64,000 bases of DNA from Geopsychrobacteraceae bacterium (GCA_963676795.2 CAXXTB010000002.1:640001-704000), one strand, 5' to 3'; counted from the first letter of the stretch, positions 8,791-20,322 are shown. Translations and numbers: made by a program. The notes: generated from the sequence alone by a model not told the origin.

Positions 8791-11267
8791 GAATTCTGTC
8801 CGTCATTTTTCTTCTGTTGGCACTGTTTCCCGTTGCTGGGTTGGCGGCAGATTCTACCGATAGCAACAGCTCTGCAGTGGTTGAGGTGGCCGTCCCGGCG
8901 GCGCTGCCCGGCTTCAGCGAGCTGGGGGGGCGCAGCGCGACACTTGCCGATTTTGTCGCAAAGTCAATGGAGTTGCTGGTCGGTTACAGTGATACGACAA
9001 AGTTGGTCGCTGATTTTACCAGTCTGAACGCCCAGCTGAATGAATTACAGACCGAGGTGGCCGAGCTGGGGGATCCTGAGACCTGGTACGTTGATCGGCT
9101 GACCCAGTACATTTCTCTCTACAGCCAGCTGCGCCAGCAGTTTGCTGCCCTGCAGCAGAAGCTCTCAAGCCGCCTGGAAGATACGGTGCGGATGCGCGGT
9201 CAGTGGAGTGATTACAATGCTTTCTGGAACGACTGGGCGGCGGCCCTGGCGAAGCAGCAGCTGAGCATTCCTGCGCAGACTTTGGCCCAGGTCAATCAAC
9301 AGCTCAGTCGCCTGGATAAACAGCTGCAGACGACAACCACAGAGCTGCTGGACTTTCAGGACCAGGTTGCTGCCCCTCTGGCCAGTCTTTACGCGGCGAG
9401 CGATCGCCTAAACCAGGAACTGGAAAAGCTGCGTCAGGCGACCTTCCGCAAAAACACCAGCTCCTTTTTTTCGGCAGTCTTCTATCGCCAGTTTGACGGA
9501 ACCCTGCTGACACAGCTGAAAAGCGGAGTGCGGGCGGCCTGGAAGATCGACCTGGACTTCATTAACGAAAAGGGGCTGTTGATCGTCCTTGCCCTGATTC
9601 TGCTGCTGGCTTGCTGGGGAATCCTTTATTATTATCGCAACCGTTTTGATGACGCTGAAGACTGGCAATTCATTTTGCGTCATCCGCTGGCTGCGTCGAT
9701 CTTTGTCGCGCTGGTCCTGTTCTGGCTGGTGGCCCAGCCACTGCCGCCGCTGCTCCGTTTTGCCCTGCTTATCTGGTTGGTTATCGCAGCGACACGAATG
9801 GCTGTCATGCTGGTGGAAAACCGGCGCCAGGGGTTGGTCTTAAGTCTTGCTGCGCTGGTTTTTCTGGTCACTTCCGGTTTTCAGCTGATCGCCTTGCCTC
9901 AAGTCCTGTTCCGGGTTTACCTTGCCCTGCTGGCGCTGATTTTCATCCCTCTGCTGCGTCAGCAGATACGAATTTCCCGTCAGCGGCGCGGGGCGAGGGA
10001 AGGGCGTCTGTTTCGTTGCATTCTCGGTCTGGCGATAGTCGTTCTGGGCTTGAGTCTGATTGCCCAACTGGCCGGCTACATCAATTTTTCCACCTGGTTG
10101 ATTCAGGCGGCCTTTGAAACCGGGCTGGTCATTCTTTTCGGCCGGATGCTGCTGCTGATCAGTCAGGGGGCTATCGGTGTGCTGCTCAAAGGGTTGATCG
10201 GTTCGCGCCGCCAGTTTGTCGCACGTTACGGCAGCCAGCTGGCCGTGCGTCTGAAGCGATTGCTGCGTGTCGTGATAGTCGTTGTTTCCATCCTCTATCT
10301 GTTGCCGGTCTGGCGTGTTTTTACCACCTTCAACGAGGCCTGGAGCGAGCTGGGAGCTTTGGGGATCAGTTTCGGCGACAGCCATATCACCCTGCAGATG
10401 GTGTTGATGGCGGTGATCGCCTTTTACCTGGCCTTTCAGGTCTCCTGGTTTCTGCAGGCCTTGAGCGATTCCCAGTTTTTTGCTCAGCGTCAGGTCGATC
10501 GCGGGGTCAGTGACGCGATTAAGAAGTTACTGCATTACGCGATTATCCTGATCGGCTTTCTGATCGCCCTCGGTTTCCTCGGTATGCATCTGCAGAATTT
10601 TGTGGTGCTGCTCGGTGCTTTCGGTGTCGGTATCGGTTTCGGACTGCAGGATATCGTCAATAACTTTCTGTCGGGGCTTATTCTGCTCTTCGAGCGCCCG
10701 ATCCGGATCGGTGATGTCGTTCAGGTTGATGGCGAATATGGCCAGGTTGTGCGCATCGGCCTGCGTTCTACCGTTGTCGAAAGCTTCAGTCGGGCTGAAC
10801 TGATCGTGCCGAACTCTCAGATTATTTCTCAGAAAGTCACCAACTGGACCCATTCGAGTCGCGGGGTTCGGGTTATTCTGCCTGTCGGTGTCGCCTATGG
10901 CAGTGATATTCAGAAGGTCCTGAGGATTCTGCGTCAGGTCGCCGACGGGCATGAGGATGTCGCCAGGGATCCGGCACCGCAGGTTATCTTCATGCAGTTT
11001 GGCTCCAGTTCTCTCGATTTTGAGGTGCGGGTCTGGATTGCCAATATCGATCAGCGCTGGGAAGTTCAGCATGATATCCTGCTGGAGATTGACCGGCTGT
11101 TCAGGGAACAAGGGGTCGAAATTCCGTTTCCTCAGCACGATCTTCATCTGCGCAGCGTCGGTCCGGGAGTTTTGGGCCCGCAGAAAGGGCTTGCGCCGGA
11201 AGATCCGGAAGGCGTGCCTGGGCAGGATGAGATTCCGGAGAACGGAGGCTCTCCCGCCAGTTCTTGA
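8781..11267 (+). CDS. Large MscS/MscK-like mechanosensitive channel
   Basis: Signal peptide, coiled-coil periplasmic region, many TM helices, GVGIGFGLQDIVNNFLSGLILLFERPIRIGD and IPFPQ; overlaps the corA stop. Confidence 0.9.
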   Translation: MVLRILSVIFLLLALFPVAGLAADSTDSNSSAVVEVAVPAALPGFSELGGRSATLADFVAKSMELLVGYSDTTKLVADFTSLNAQLNELQTEVAELGDPETWYVDRLTQYISLYSQLRQQFAALQQKLSSRLEDTVRMRGQWSDYNAFWNDWAAALAKQQLSIPAQTLAQVNQQLSRLDKQLQTTTTELLDFQDQVAAPLASLYAASDRLNQELEKLRQATFRKNTSSFFSAVFYRQFDGTLLTQLKSGVRAAWKIDLDFINEKGLLIVLALILLLACWGILYYYRNRFDDAEDWQFILRHPLAASIFVALVLFWLVAQPLPPLLRFALLIWLVIAATRMAVMLVENRRQGLVLSLAALVFLVTSGFQLIALPQVLFRVYLALLALIFIPLLRQQIRISRQRRGAREGRLFRCILGLAIVVLGLSLIAQLAGYINFSTWLIQAAFETGLVILFGRMLLLISQGAIGVLLKGLIGSRRQFVARYGSQLAVRLKRLLRVVIVVVSILYLLPVWRVFTTFNEAWSELGALGISFGDSHITLQMVLMAVIAFYLAFQVSWFLQALSDSQFFAQRQVDRGVSDAIKKLLHYAIILIGFLIALGFLGMHLQNFVVLLGAFGVGIGFGLQDIVNNFLSGLILLFERPIRIGDVVQVDGEYGQVVRIGLRSTVVESFSRAELIVPNSQIISQKVTNWTHSSRGVRVILPVGVAYGSDIQKVLRILRQVADGHEDVARDPAPQVIFMQFGSSSLDFEVRVWIANIDQRWEVQHDILLEIDRLFREQGVEIPFPQHDLHLRSVGPGVLGPQKGLAPEDPEGVPGQDEIPENGGSPASS

Positions 11268-11411
11268 CATAGAGGGGCTGATGCTGATAAATTGCCGCGT
11301 TCGGCCGGTGCCCGAAGTCGTTGCAGAAGATTGAAAGCGACTTCTTCCAATAGCATTATAAATTATCCGCCAGACGCAGGAATCTGCAGTTTGAGCGGAG
11401 CGGAGAAGGGG

Positions 11412-12698
11412 ATGCAGTTTTCCAACCCACAACCGGAAGCAGACCTGCCCAAAGGGGTACGTGACTTTCTGCCTCTCAAGGCAGCTAAACTCGAATACCT
11501 GGAACAGCAGTTGCGGGAAACCTATAACTCCTGGGGGTTTCGTCCCCTGATCCCGCCACAGCTGGAATATCTTGATGTTCTCGAACGTGGGCTCGGTGAC
11601 GGACTGCAGACGAGAACCTTCCGTTTTGACGATCGCCAAAGCAGCAGAATGCTGGCGTTCCCTCCGGATATCACGCCGCAGATTGCCCGTATTGTCGCAA
11701 CGCGGATGAGCGAAATGCAGTTGCCGTTGCGTCTCTGTTACAGCGGGCGGGCGTTGCAGCATGCGGAACAGCAGGCTGGCAAGGATCGCGAGATTTTCCA
11801 GTCCGGCGTCGAGCTGATCGGTCTGGACAGTCCGGAAGCCGATGCTGAAATGATCGCCATGGCGGTTGAGGCCTTGAGTTCTGTCGGTGCGGATGAATTT
11901 ACCATTGATATCGGCCAGGTCGAGTTCTTCCGTGGGGTCATGGATGGTCTTGATCTGGACAGCCGTTCAGCGGCGCTGATAGCCGATGCGATTTCCCGCA
12001 AGGATAATGCCGAGCTGGCCCGGCTGACCGAACAGGTCAATCTGTCGGAGCGGGCGCGTGAGGAAATCCTCGCACTGCCGCGCCTGTTTGGCGGCAAAGA
12101 AGTTCTCGAGCGAGCGCAGAAGTCGGTCAGTAACGATCGTTCGCGTCGGGCCTTGGATAGCCTGGCCCGTGTGCTGGAGGTGCTGGAAATCTACGGGGTT
12201 CTCGAGCATGTCACTATCGACCTGGGGGAGTTGCGCGGTCTGCAGTATCATACCGGCATTACCTTTCAGGGGTTTCTGCCCGGGGTCGGGCGCAGTGTAT
12301 GCAGCGGCGGACGCTATAACAATTTGACCGCGCAATACGGCTTTGAAGCTCCGGCAACCGGTTTTACCTTCAATCTGCTTCATCTGCTGTTTGCTCTCGA
12401 GCGGGTTCTCGACGAACGGGTCACCCCGAGCTGCGACCTGTTGATCTATTCCACAGGCATGGCACTGCGCAATGCCCAGGAGCTGGCCTGCAAGTTGCGC
12501 AAGCAGGGCTATTCGGTCGCGCGCGATATCATCGACCGCGGCCTTGATGAGGCGCTGAGTTACGCCCGGCAGATGAGCTACCGCAAGCTTGCGGTTGTCG
12601 GTGCCGATCAGAATATCGAGTTGATTGACCTGGAGAACGACAGCCGGCAGGTTGTTTCCATCGATTCTTTGCTGCAGCAGGGTTTGCCGCAAAAATAA
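11412..12698 (+). CDS. hisZ: ATP phosphoribosyltransferase regulatory subunit
   Basis: LPKGVRDFLP, PDITPQIAR, REIFQSGVEL, YHTGITF, GGRY; conserved hisZ-purA adjacency. Confidence 0.92.
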   Translation: MQFSNPQPEADLPKGVRDFLPLKAAKLEYLEQQLRETYNSWGFRPLIPPQLEYLDVLERGLGDGLQTRTFRFDDRQSSRMLAFPPDITPQIARIVATRMSEMQLPLRLCYSGRALQHAEQQAGKDREIFQSGVELIGLDSPEADAEMIAMAVEALSSVGADEFTIDIGQVEFFRGVMDGLDLDSRSAALIADAISRKDNAELARLTEQVNLSERAREEILALPRLFGGKEVLERAQKSVSNDRSRRALDSLARVLEVLEIYGVLEHVTIDLGELRGLQYHTGITFQGFLPGVGRSVCSGGRYNNLTAQYGFEAPATGFTFNLLHLLFALERVLDERVTPSCDLLIYSTGMALRNAQELACKLRKQGYSVARDIIDRGLDEALSYARQMSYRKLAVVGADQNIELIDLENDSRQVVSIDSLLQQGLPQK

Positions 12699-12704
12699 AG
12701 TTGA

Positions 12705-14054
<1,350 letters not shown>

Positions 14055-14073
14055 AAAATTAGCAAAAAAGAGG

Positions 14074-14103
14074 TTGACGCACCTCCGGAGTTTAACGTAT
14101 AAA
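14074..14103 (+). promoter_or_regulatory. sigma70 promoter of tRNA-Lys/Glu pair 1
   Basis: TTGACG-18 nt-TATAAA, with an A-rich UP-like tract upstream. Confidence 0.7.
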
Positions 14104-14114
14104 GGCGTCCTCGT

Positions 14115-14190
14115 GAGCCGGTAGCTCAGTCGGTAGAGCATCTGACTTTTAATCAGATGGTCGTGGGTTCGATCCCCCCCCGGCTCACCA
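14115..14190 (+). tRNA. tRNA-Lys (TTT), copy 1
   Basis: GAGCCGG...TCTGA-CTTTTAA-TCAGA...TTCGATC...CCGGCTCACCA cloverleaf, 76 nt. Confidence 0.97.
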
Positions 14191-14242
14191 TTTATAAGAA
14201 ACACCACTGCGGAGACATTTTCCGCAGGGACTTGAGTTATAA

Positions 14243-14320
14243 GTCCCTATCGTCTAGCCTGGCCTAGGACACCGCCCTTTCACGGCGGCGACGGGGGTTC
14301 GAATCCCCCTGGGGACGCCA
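14243..14320 (+). tRNA. tRNA-Glu (TTC), copy 1
   Basis: GTCCCTATCGTCTAG...CCGCC-CTTTCAC-GGCGG...TTCGAAT...GGGGACGCCA, 78 nt. Confidence 0.97.
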
Positions 14321-14322
14321 AC

Positions 14323-14369
14323 TAAACAAAAAGGCTCCAGCAAGAAATTTGCCGGGGCCTTTTTGTTTA
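14323..14369 (+). terminator. Intrinsic (likely bidirectional) terminator after tRNA-Glu copy 1
   Basis: TAAACAAAAAGGCTCCAGCAAG-aaa-TTTGCCGGGGCCTTTTTGTTTA. Confidence 0.8.
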
Positions 14370-14382
14370 TCTGCCATTCGTC

Positions 14383-14508
14383 GGGATTCGAAACGGAACG
14401 AAGCGCCGACTTAATGTCGGAAGAGCGGCCATGGATGGCCGCGTTAGCGAGTGCAGGAGGGCCTGCGCAGCCTTGAACGTGATGTTCAAGGCGAAGTAGG
14501 CGAATCCC
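14383..14508. repeat. tRNA-linked structured repeat, full copy 1 (126 bp)
   Basis: Bounded by inverted 8-mers GGGATTCG/CGAATCCC, with three internal hairpins; aligns with 21620-21744. Confidence 0.85.
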
Positions 14509-14570
14509 CTTGTAATTCCATTCAGTAGAGAACATTTTCTCGTTGTCTCTTTATGTCGGCACTTTTCTTC

Positions 14571-15545
14571 TCACTCCTCCATACGCAGGACAACTTTACC
14601 AACCTGCTCGTTCGAGCGCATATAGGCAAGCGCTTCTGGCAGTTGCGTGTAGCTGTAGGTCCTGTCGATCATCGGTTGCAGCCTGCCATCAGCGTATGCC
14701 GGCCAGATGTCTTTGATAAAATCATGCACCATGAGAGCGTTTTCTTCGGCGCTGCGCATTTTATTGGAAACCCCGAAGAGGGACAGCCGTTTGGCATGTT
14801 GCTGGCTGATATCCAACTCGACTCTGGTTATGCCATCGACATAGCCAACAGTGCCCATTCTGCCCTGATAGCCGAGCAGCTCGATGCAGTCCGCGAACAG
14901 ACTGCCGCCCACGGTATTGACCACCAGGTCGACGCCTTTGCCGTCTGTCTGTTTTCTGATCTGTTCTTTCATCTCTTCGTTTTGCAGGACGCCGATATCG
15001 AGCCCGTATTTTTTCAGTTTCTCCAGTTTGTCAGCTGAGCGTGATGTGCCGATCACTCTGGCGCCGAACAATTTGCCGATCTGCATGGCGGCAACGCCGA
15101 CTCCTGACGAGATACCGGTAATGAGTAGCCATTCTCCCGGTTTGAGATGACCGTTGACGCGGATAATATCGTAGGCTGTCTGGTAGGTGATGGCAGTCGT
15201 TGAGGCGGCATCCCAGTCCATCCCCAGCGGGACGGCCATGACCTGGTCGGCGCGCATAATGGCATACTCTGAGAAAGCCATACGCGCCCGGCCCATAACC
15301 GAGGTCGCAATGAGTTTTTGCGGGACATTGACTCCGATGCTGACAACTTTTCCGGCACATTCGATACCGCAGGGTTTCGCAGTCTGGGGCGCCGTATCCT
15401 TGGTGCTGATGGTAAATTCGCCGCGGTTCAATGCGGCAGCTTTGACTTCAACAAGCAGTTCTCCGTGGCCAGGTTCCGGTATCGGAACGTCGCACAGTTC
15501 CAGTGTTCCGCCGCTGGCATCTTTCTGAAAAAACCAGGATCTCAT
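14571..15545 (-). CDS. NADPH:quinone oxidoreductase / MDR-family dehydrogenase (zeta-crystallin-like)
   Basis: AAALNRGE, PCGIECAGKV, LLITGISSGVG nucleotide-binding motif, GKVVL C-terminus. Confidence 0.88.
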   Translation of the reverse strand: MRSWFFQKDASGGTLELCDVPIPEPGHGELLVEVKAAALNRGEFTISTKDTAPQTAKPCGIECAGKVVSIGVNVPQKLIATSVMGRARMAFSEYAIMRADQVMAVPLGMDWDAASTTAITYQTAYDIIRVNGHLKPGEWLLITGISSGVGVAAMQIGKLFGARVIGTSRSADKLEKLKKYGLDIGVLQNEEMKEQIRKQTDGKGVDLVVNTVGGSLFADCIELLGYQGRMGTVGYVDGITRVELDISQQHAKRLSLFGVSNKMRSAEENALMVHDFIKDIWPAYADGRLQPMIDRTYSYTQLPEALAYMRSNEQVGKVVLRMEE

Positions 15546-15597
15546 CTTTGGACCTCAAACGGATTGGAGTTTTCCTATCAATGATGGCTCTTTTTGG

Positions 15598-16959
15598 TCA
15601 GTGTCCAGCGAGAAAAGTCTGCAGTTCGCGGATGTTTTCCAGCTTCTCCAGCTCGTTGATCCGTTGAATAATCGCTTCAGTGGCCTCCACGCCGAGCACT
15701 GTTGACATCAGGTGGCGCGCCTTGTCGTTGACTCTTGCGGTATCCATCGGGTTCTCCTTGGTACCGGGGGCATGACTGGTGAAATGGTTGAATGTCGTTC
15801 CATCGATCAGGGTGACTTCAACCAAGCCGCTGCGGGGAGCGTCCCGATTCATCAGTTTGCGGTCAGGGATCAGTTCAACCCGTTCTTTGATGGCCATGAC
15901 CCGGGGGTCGGACATCTTGGCATAGGAGTGACTGTCGTCGAAGGACACCGTTCCTTCGACGAGGGCAACGGAGATGATATGCTGGCAATTGACGTCCGGC
16001 ATCGAACGATTGTTGACGATACGGGCACCGTCTTCCGGTAGACGCAGGACGATTTTTGCCACATTCTCAGGGGTCAGCTGATGCTTGTGGTAGAGGGTCA
16101 GAAATGCGTCAAGAGGAGCCTGGATCGGGTAGCCGACAGAAAATGGCTTGATTGCTGTTTCGGTGATATAGAAACGTTGCCCCAGGTCGGCGACCATCTC
16201 TTCGGGGGTCGGTTCAGAAGATAGGGCCGCAAAGGCATTGTGCTCACCGTCAAACACGTCCCAGACGCCGCTGAATCCCATCTGTGCCATGATGGCGGCG
16301 GTGACACCGTTGCGCGCCCCCATACCGGAAAAATCGAAGGCTTTTTCGACGTGTTCAGCGTCACGCACCCAGCTCCAGATGCCGGACACCTGCTGTGCCG
16401 CGTAGGAGAGGGCGTGGCGCATTCCTTTTTCGTCAAGTCCTGCTATGGCAGCAGCGGCACCGACGCTGGCCAGGGTTGAGCTGGTGCCCTCGGCACTGCG
16501 GTGATTGGCCCTGACCTGATCGGCACCGAGTGCCAGCAGGAAACGGCAGCAGAGATCATAACCGAGAGTGACTGCCCGCAGCAGGTCTGTTCCGGTGCTT
16601 CCCTGCCGTTCCGCCATGGCGAGTGCTGCCGGGATAACCGCACAGCCCGGATGGGCCTTGGTGCGTGGATGGAAATCATCGGTTTCATCGGCGTGGGCAA
16701 ACATCGCATTGGCCAGGGCGGCGTTTATCGCTGTCGTCATGATGTCTGTGGTAACGACTGTCGCTTCTGGGGTTCCGCCTTGGGTACGGGTATATTTGAT
16801 GGCCATTTCGCCAGGCTTGAGATGTGCTCCCGAGACCATGGCGGCCAGGGTATCCAGGATGCGGTGCTTGGCGGCCAATATGACGTCAGGGGGGAGCTCT
16901 GCAGAACGTGCTTTTACCATGTATTGAGCCAGCCGGCCGGTAATGTCAGTATTGCTCAT
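15598..16959 (-). CDS. MmgE/PrpD family protein
   Basis: AALANAMFAHADETDDFH, HPGCAVIPAALA, PGTKENPM; GGAGG RBS before ATG 16959. Confidence 0.9.
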   Translation of the reverse strand: MSNTDITGRLAQYMVKARSAELPPDVILAAKHRILDTLAAMVSGAHLKPGEMAIKYTRTQGGTPEATVVTTDIMTTAINAALANAMFAHADETDDFHPRTKAHPGCAVIPAALAMAERQGSTGTDLLRAVTLGYDLCCRFLLALGADQVRANHRSAEGTSSTLASVGAAAAIAGLDEKGMRHALSYAAQQVSGIWSWVRDAEHVEKAFDFSGMGARNGVTAAIMAQMGFSGVWDVFDGEHNAFAALSSEPTPEEMVADLGQRFYITETAIKPFSVGYPIQAPLDAFLTLYHKHQLTPENVAKIVLRLPEDGARIVNNRSMPDVNCQHIISVALVEGTVSFDDSHSYAKMSDPRVMAIKERVELIPDRKLMNRDAPRSGLVEVTLIDGTTFNHFTSHAPGTKENPMDTARVNDKARHLMSTVLGVEATEAIIQRINELEKLENIRELQTFLAGH

Positions 16960-17056
16960 ATGTCTATCCTCCATCGTCCCGCATATGTAGTCGGGGCTGC
17001 ATTTTCTTGATAAATGTAGGAATGGCTGTCGTTAAGCGACACCCATTCAGGCTGGT

Positions 17057-18562
17057 TTAGTTGGTGTCATTCGTTCGCTTTCCCTTGAACAGGGTGTTGA
17101 GAACCGGAGCGACGAGGGCAGTTATGGTGCAGAGGATCAGGATCAGTGATGCCGGCTTCGACAGCAGATAAAAGAGGCTGCCGCCGCCGAGCTCCATGGT
17201 TCTGAGCAGATTCTCCTCGATGATCTTGCCCAGGATAATGCCGATGACCGCCGGAATGACCGGAAAGCCGAACCGCTGCAGGGCAAACCCGAGGATTCCC
17301 GCACCGCCCATGACGCACAGGTCGAACCAGCTGAATTTGAGACTGAAGATCCCGAGGACCGAGAGAACAATGACCAGCGGGATGATCAGGTTCTTGTCGA
17401 TGGTTGTGACCTTGCCCAGGATGCGGACCATGCTCAGGCCGATGATGATGATCATGATCTCGGAAACGATCAGGCCGAGAAAGAGTGCAAGTGTGATCAC
17501 ATAACCCTGCCCCTGGAACATGCTCATCCCGGGCCGTAGTCCGTGGATCAGCATGGCCGCCAGAAGGATTGCCGTCGTCGCGCTGCCGGGGATGCCGAAC
17601 AATATCGTCGGCATCAGTGCCCCTTTGATGGCGGCATTGTTCGCCGATTCAGTGGCGACCAGTCCCTTGGGGTTGCCCTTGCCGAATGAGGTCTTGTCTG
17701 CGGATGAGCGAACGGCTTCTCCGTAGGCGACGAAGGTCGCGACCGTACCGCCTGTTCCGGGCATGCTGCCGATCAGAAATCCTATAACCGAACTTTTCAG
17801 GATCGTTGCCCAGTTCCTGAAGGTCGTTCTGACGCCGTCCAGGCGTTTCCCGCCAAGGGTTGCTCGATCTGAGATCTGGCTTTTGTCCTCTCCCTTGAGC
17901 TGGGCCATCGTCGCGACTCCGAACAGACCAAGGAGGACCGGAAGGAAGGAGATCCCGTCATAGAGAGTGAGGGCTCCAAAGGTATAACGGACATCGGCGC
18001 TGGCCCCTGGGGCGATGCCGATTGTTGTGATGGCCAGACCAAAAAATCCGGAAATGATCGCTTTGTAATAGGAGCCTTTTGAAACCATCGCAATCAGGAC
18101 GATGCCAAGGATGCCGAGGAGGAAATATTCCGGGGTTCCGAACAGCATCAGGAAGCTGAGCATGAAGACCGAAAAAAACATGCCGATAATCGAACCGAGT
18201 ATCCCGCCAAGTGTTGAGGATGAGGCTGAGATGGATAGGGCTGAGATCGCCTTCCCTTGCTGGGCCATCGGGTAGCCTTCAATCGTCGATGCGGCAGCGG
18301 GGCCGTCGCCCGGGGTATTGATCAGGATCGAAGAAATACTGCCGCCGTACATGGCACCATCGTAAAGGGTAACCATAAACAAGAGTGCTTTGAGTGGGTC
18401 TATGTAAACCGTAAAGGGGAGCGCGAGGGCACAGCCCAGTGCCGGGCCGATGCCCGGGATCGCTCCGATGATGATCCCGCAAACAGTTCCGGTGAAGATC
18501 CAGATGAGGATTTCCGGTGTGGTGACAACCTGTAATGCCTGCCAAAGAGTATCCCAAAACAT
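17057..18562 (-). CDS. tctA: Tripartite tricarboxylate transporter large permease (TctA family)
   Basis: GAIPGIG, MYGGSISSILINTPG, GYPMAQQG, ESANNA and GIPGS motifs. Confidence 0.92.
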   Translation of the reverse strand: MFWDTLWQALQVVTTPEILIWIFTGTVCGIIIGAIPGIGPALGCALALPFTVYIDPLKALLFMVTLYDGAMYGGSISSILINTPGDGPAAASTIEGYPMAQQGKAISALSISASSSTLGGILGSIIGMFFSVFMLSFLMLFGTPEYFLLGILGIVLIAMVSKGSYYKAIISGFFGLAITTIGIAPGASADVRYTFGALTLYDGISFLPVLLGLFGVATMAQLKGEDKSQISDRATLGGKRLDGVRTTFRNWATILKSSVIGFLIGSMPGTGGTVATFVAYGEAVRSSADKTSFGKGNPKGLVATESANNAAIKGALMPTILFGIPGSATTAILLAAMLIHGLRPGMSMFQGQGYVITLALFLGLIVSEIMIIIIGLSMVRILGKVTTIDKNLIIPLVIVLSVLGIFSLKFSWFDLCVMGGAGILGFALQRFGFPVIPAVIGIILGKIIEENLLRTMELGGGSLFYLLSKPASLILILCTITALVAPVLNTLFKGKRTNDTN

Positions 18563-18619
18563 AGTGAAGTTCCTTCTCGTTGCAATGGCTTTTGGATGAA
18601 AACGTAACCGACACTGGAT

Positions 18620-19165
18620 TTACGGGAATGAGAGAAGAGCCCCCCTGTCAAAGTGATAGCCGAAGGCAGTGTCAAAAAGGTAAACCATGCCCAGCAGGAC
18701 AATGATCAGGACAATGTTGCCCAGGAGGCTTTTAGGCTTGAATGACCTGCTGAAATGAAGATGGATCAGTAGAAATGCCAGTGTCGACAGGTAGAACCCG
18801 ACCAGGTACGAAACAACAATATAGAGAAAGACGGCAATAAACAGGGCGTACGAGATGATCGTTGCACGCTTTTCGTTATCCTTTTTGAGTTGCCTGGCTG
18901 GTTCACTGAGCTCTTTACTTTCTTTTATTGCTGGAGCCCCGCGGATGACGTCGTTGACTTTAGGCGGCAGGTAGCCACGCATAATGTAGAGCAGGGTCAT
19001 TACGAATCCGGGAATTGCCAGCACGTACGGGAAGAATCTCGCGGTAGGCTCGAAGTTCTTTGCGCCAATGATCAATAGTAGAAAAAAAATCGAAATCAGC
19101 AGGCAGAGCAGCAATTCTTCCGTCTTGAATTTTGTTCCGGCGATCTTCATTCGGTTTATCCTCAT
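18620..19165 (-). CDS. tctB: TctB-family small membrane subunit
   Basis: 181 aa with 4-5 hydrophobic segments and ARFFP motif; lies between tctC and tctA. Confidence 0.75.
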   Translation of the reverse strand: MRINRMKIAGTKFKTEELLLCLLISIFFLLLIIGAKNFEPTARFFPYVLAIPGFVMTLLYIMRGYLPPKVNDVIRGAPAIKESKELSEPARQLKKDNEKRATIISYALFIAVFLYIVVSYLVGFYLSTLAFLLIHLHFSRSFKPKSLLGNIVLIIVLLGMVYLFDTAFGYHFDRGALLSFP

Positions 19166-19287
19166 TGCTCAGATAAAGCTTTGTTGCCCAAGCTCCGCGC
19201 TTCTTTCCGTGCATAATTAGGAAAGAAGCGCGGAGAGCCATAGTCTTCATGAAGAAAGAAAAAATCTGTGACTTGCCGTAATAGCCT

Positions 19288-20322
19288 TTAGCCCTTGTTA
19301 TTCTTGACGATTGAGCGCAGATCGATTTCTGCGGCGACCTTGAGGGAATCCTTGATCGCTTTCTCTGCTTCCGCTCCGGTTCCGTATGGCGGTTTCATGT
19401 TCAGTGATTTGTAGTGAGCTGCGACGACCGGGTTATCCTGGGCCTTGGTGAAAGCCTTTTCGAGGATCTGCTGGATGTCTGCCGGCAGTCCAGGAGGAGC
19501 GTAGATCGATCTCAGGAAGAGACATTCTTTGAGTGGATCTTTCCCGAGTTCTATCAGGGATGGCGTGTCGGGGAATGTTTCGACCCGTTCTTCCTGGCCG
19601 ATAATGGCGAGAATTCTCAGGCGCCCCTCGGCAAAACCGTCGGCTGCTGAGGCAGCAGTGACAACACCGACCTCGACTTCATTGCGATAGAGAGCAGCAA
19701 TGACTTCGGATGTCCCTTTGTAGGCGACATACTGCGACCAATCAAGGTTGAAGCGGCGTTTCATCAATAGGCTTGCCACATGCCAGCCGGTACCGATGCC
19801 GAGTGACGCGATGATTTTCAGCTTACTGCTCTTGTAGGCATTGAAGACGTCGTCGAATGTTTTGTAGGGGGAGTTGGCACTGACGGCTATAACGCCAGGT
19901 TCTCTGGCAAAGACGCTGAGGCCAACAAATTTTTCAATATCGAAACCTGGCTGGTGAATGTACCAGGCCCATGGGGTTGATGGCGGGTTGAAGGAGACGA
20001 GTGTGTAGCCATCTGGCTTGGCGCTAAAGGCGGTGCCGACCCCACGTAGTGACGCTGCGCCTGGTAGGTTGTTGACATTGACTGGGACGTTGAGGATTTC
20101 TTTTGAAGCAGCTGCGACGGCAAGTGTTCTTGCCCAGATATCTGTGCCACCACCAACGGAGAATGGCAGGATGATGTCAATCGGGTTGTTGGGGTAGGTG
20201 GTCTCTGCCGCAAAGGCTAATCCCTTGGGCAGCCCCAGTGCCAGGCTCCCTAATCCTATTGAAGTGGTTTTGATGAAATCTCTGCGGGTCATGCTAGAAA
20301 ACAATTTGCGCTCATCTTTCAT
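19288..20322 (-). CDS. tctC: TctC/Bug-family substrate-binding protein with Tat signal
   Basis: TRRDFIK twin-arginine signal; YPNNPIDIILPFSVGGGTD, KPDGYTL, FPDTPS. Confidence 0.9.
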   Translation of the reverse strand: MKDERKLFSSMTRRDFIKTTSIGLGSLALGLPKGLAFAAETTYPNNPIDIILPFSVGGGTDIWARTLAVAAASKEILNVPVNVNNLPGAASLRGVGTAFSAKPDGYTLVSFNPPSTPWAWYIHQPGFDIEKFVGLSVFAREPGVIAVSANSPYKTFDDVFNAYKSSKLKIIASLGIGTGWHVASLLMKRRFNLDWSQYVAYKGTSEVIAALYRNEVEVGVVTAASAADGFAEGRLRILAIIGQEERVETFPDTPSLIELGKDPLKECLFLRSIYAPPGLPADIQQILEKAFTKAQDNPVVAAHYKSLNMKPPYGTGAEAEKAIKDSLKVAAEIDLRSIVKNNKG

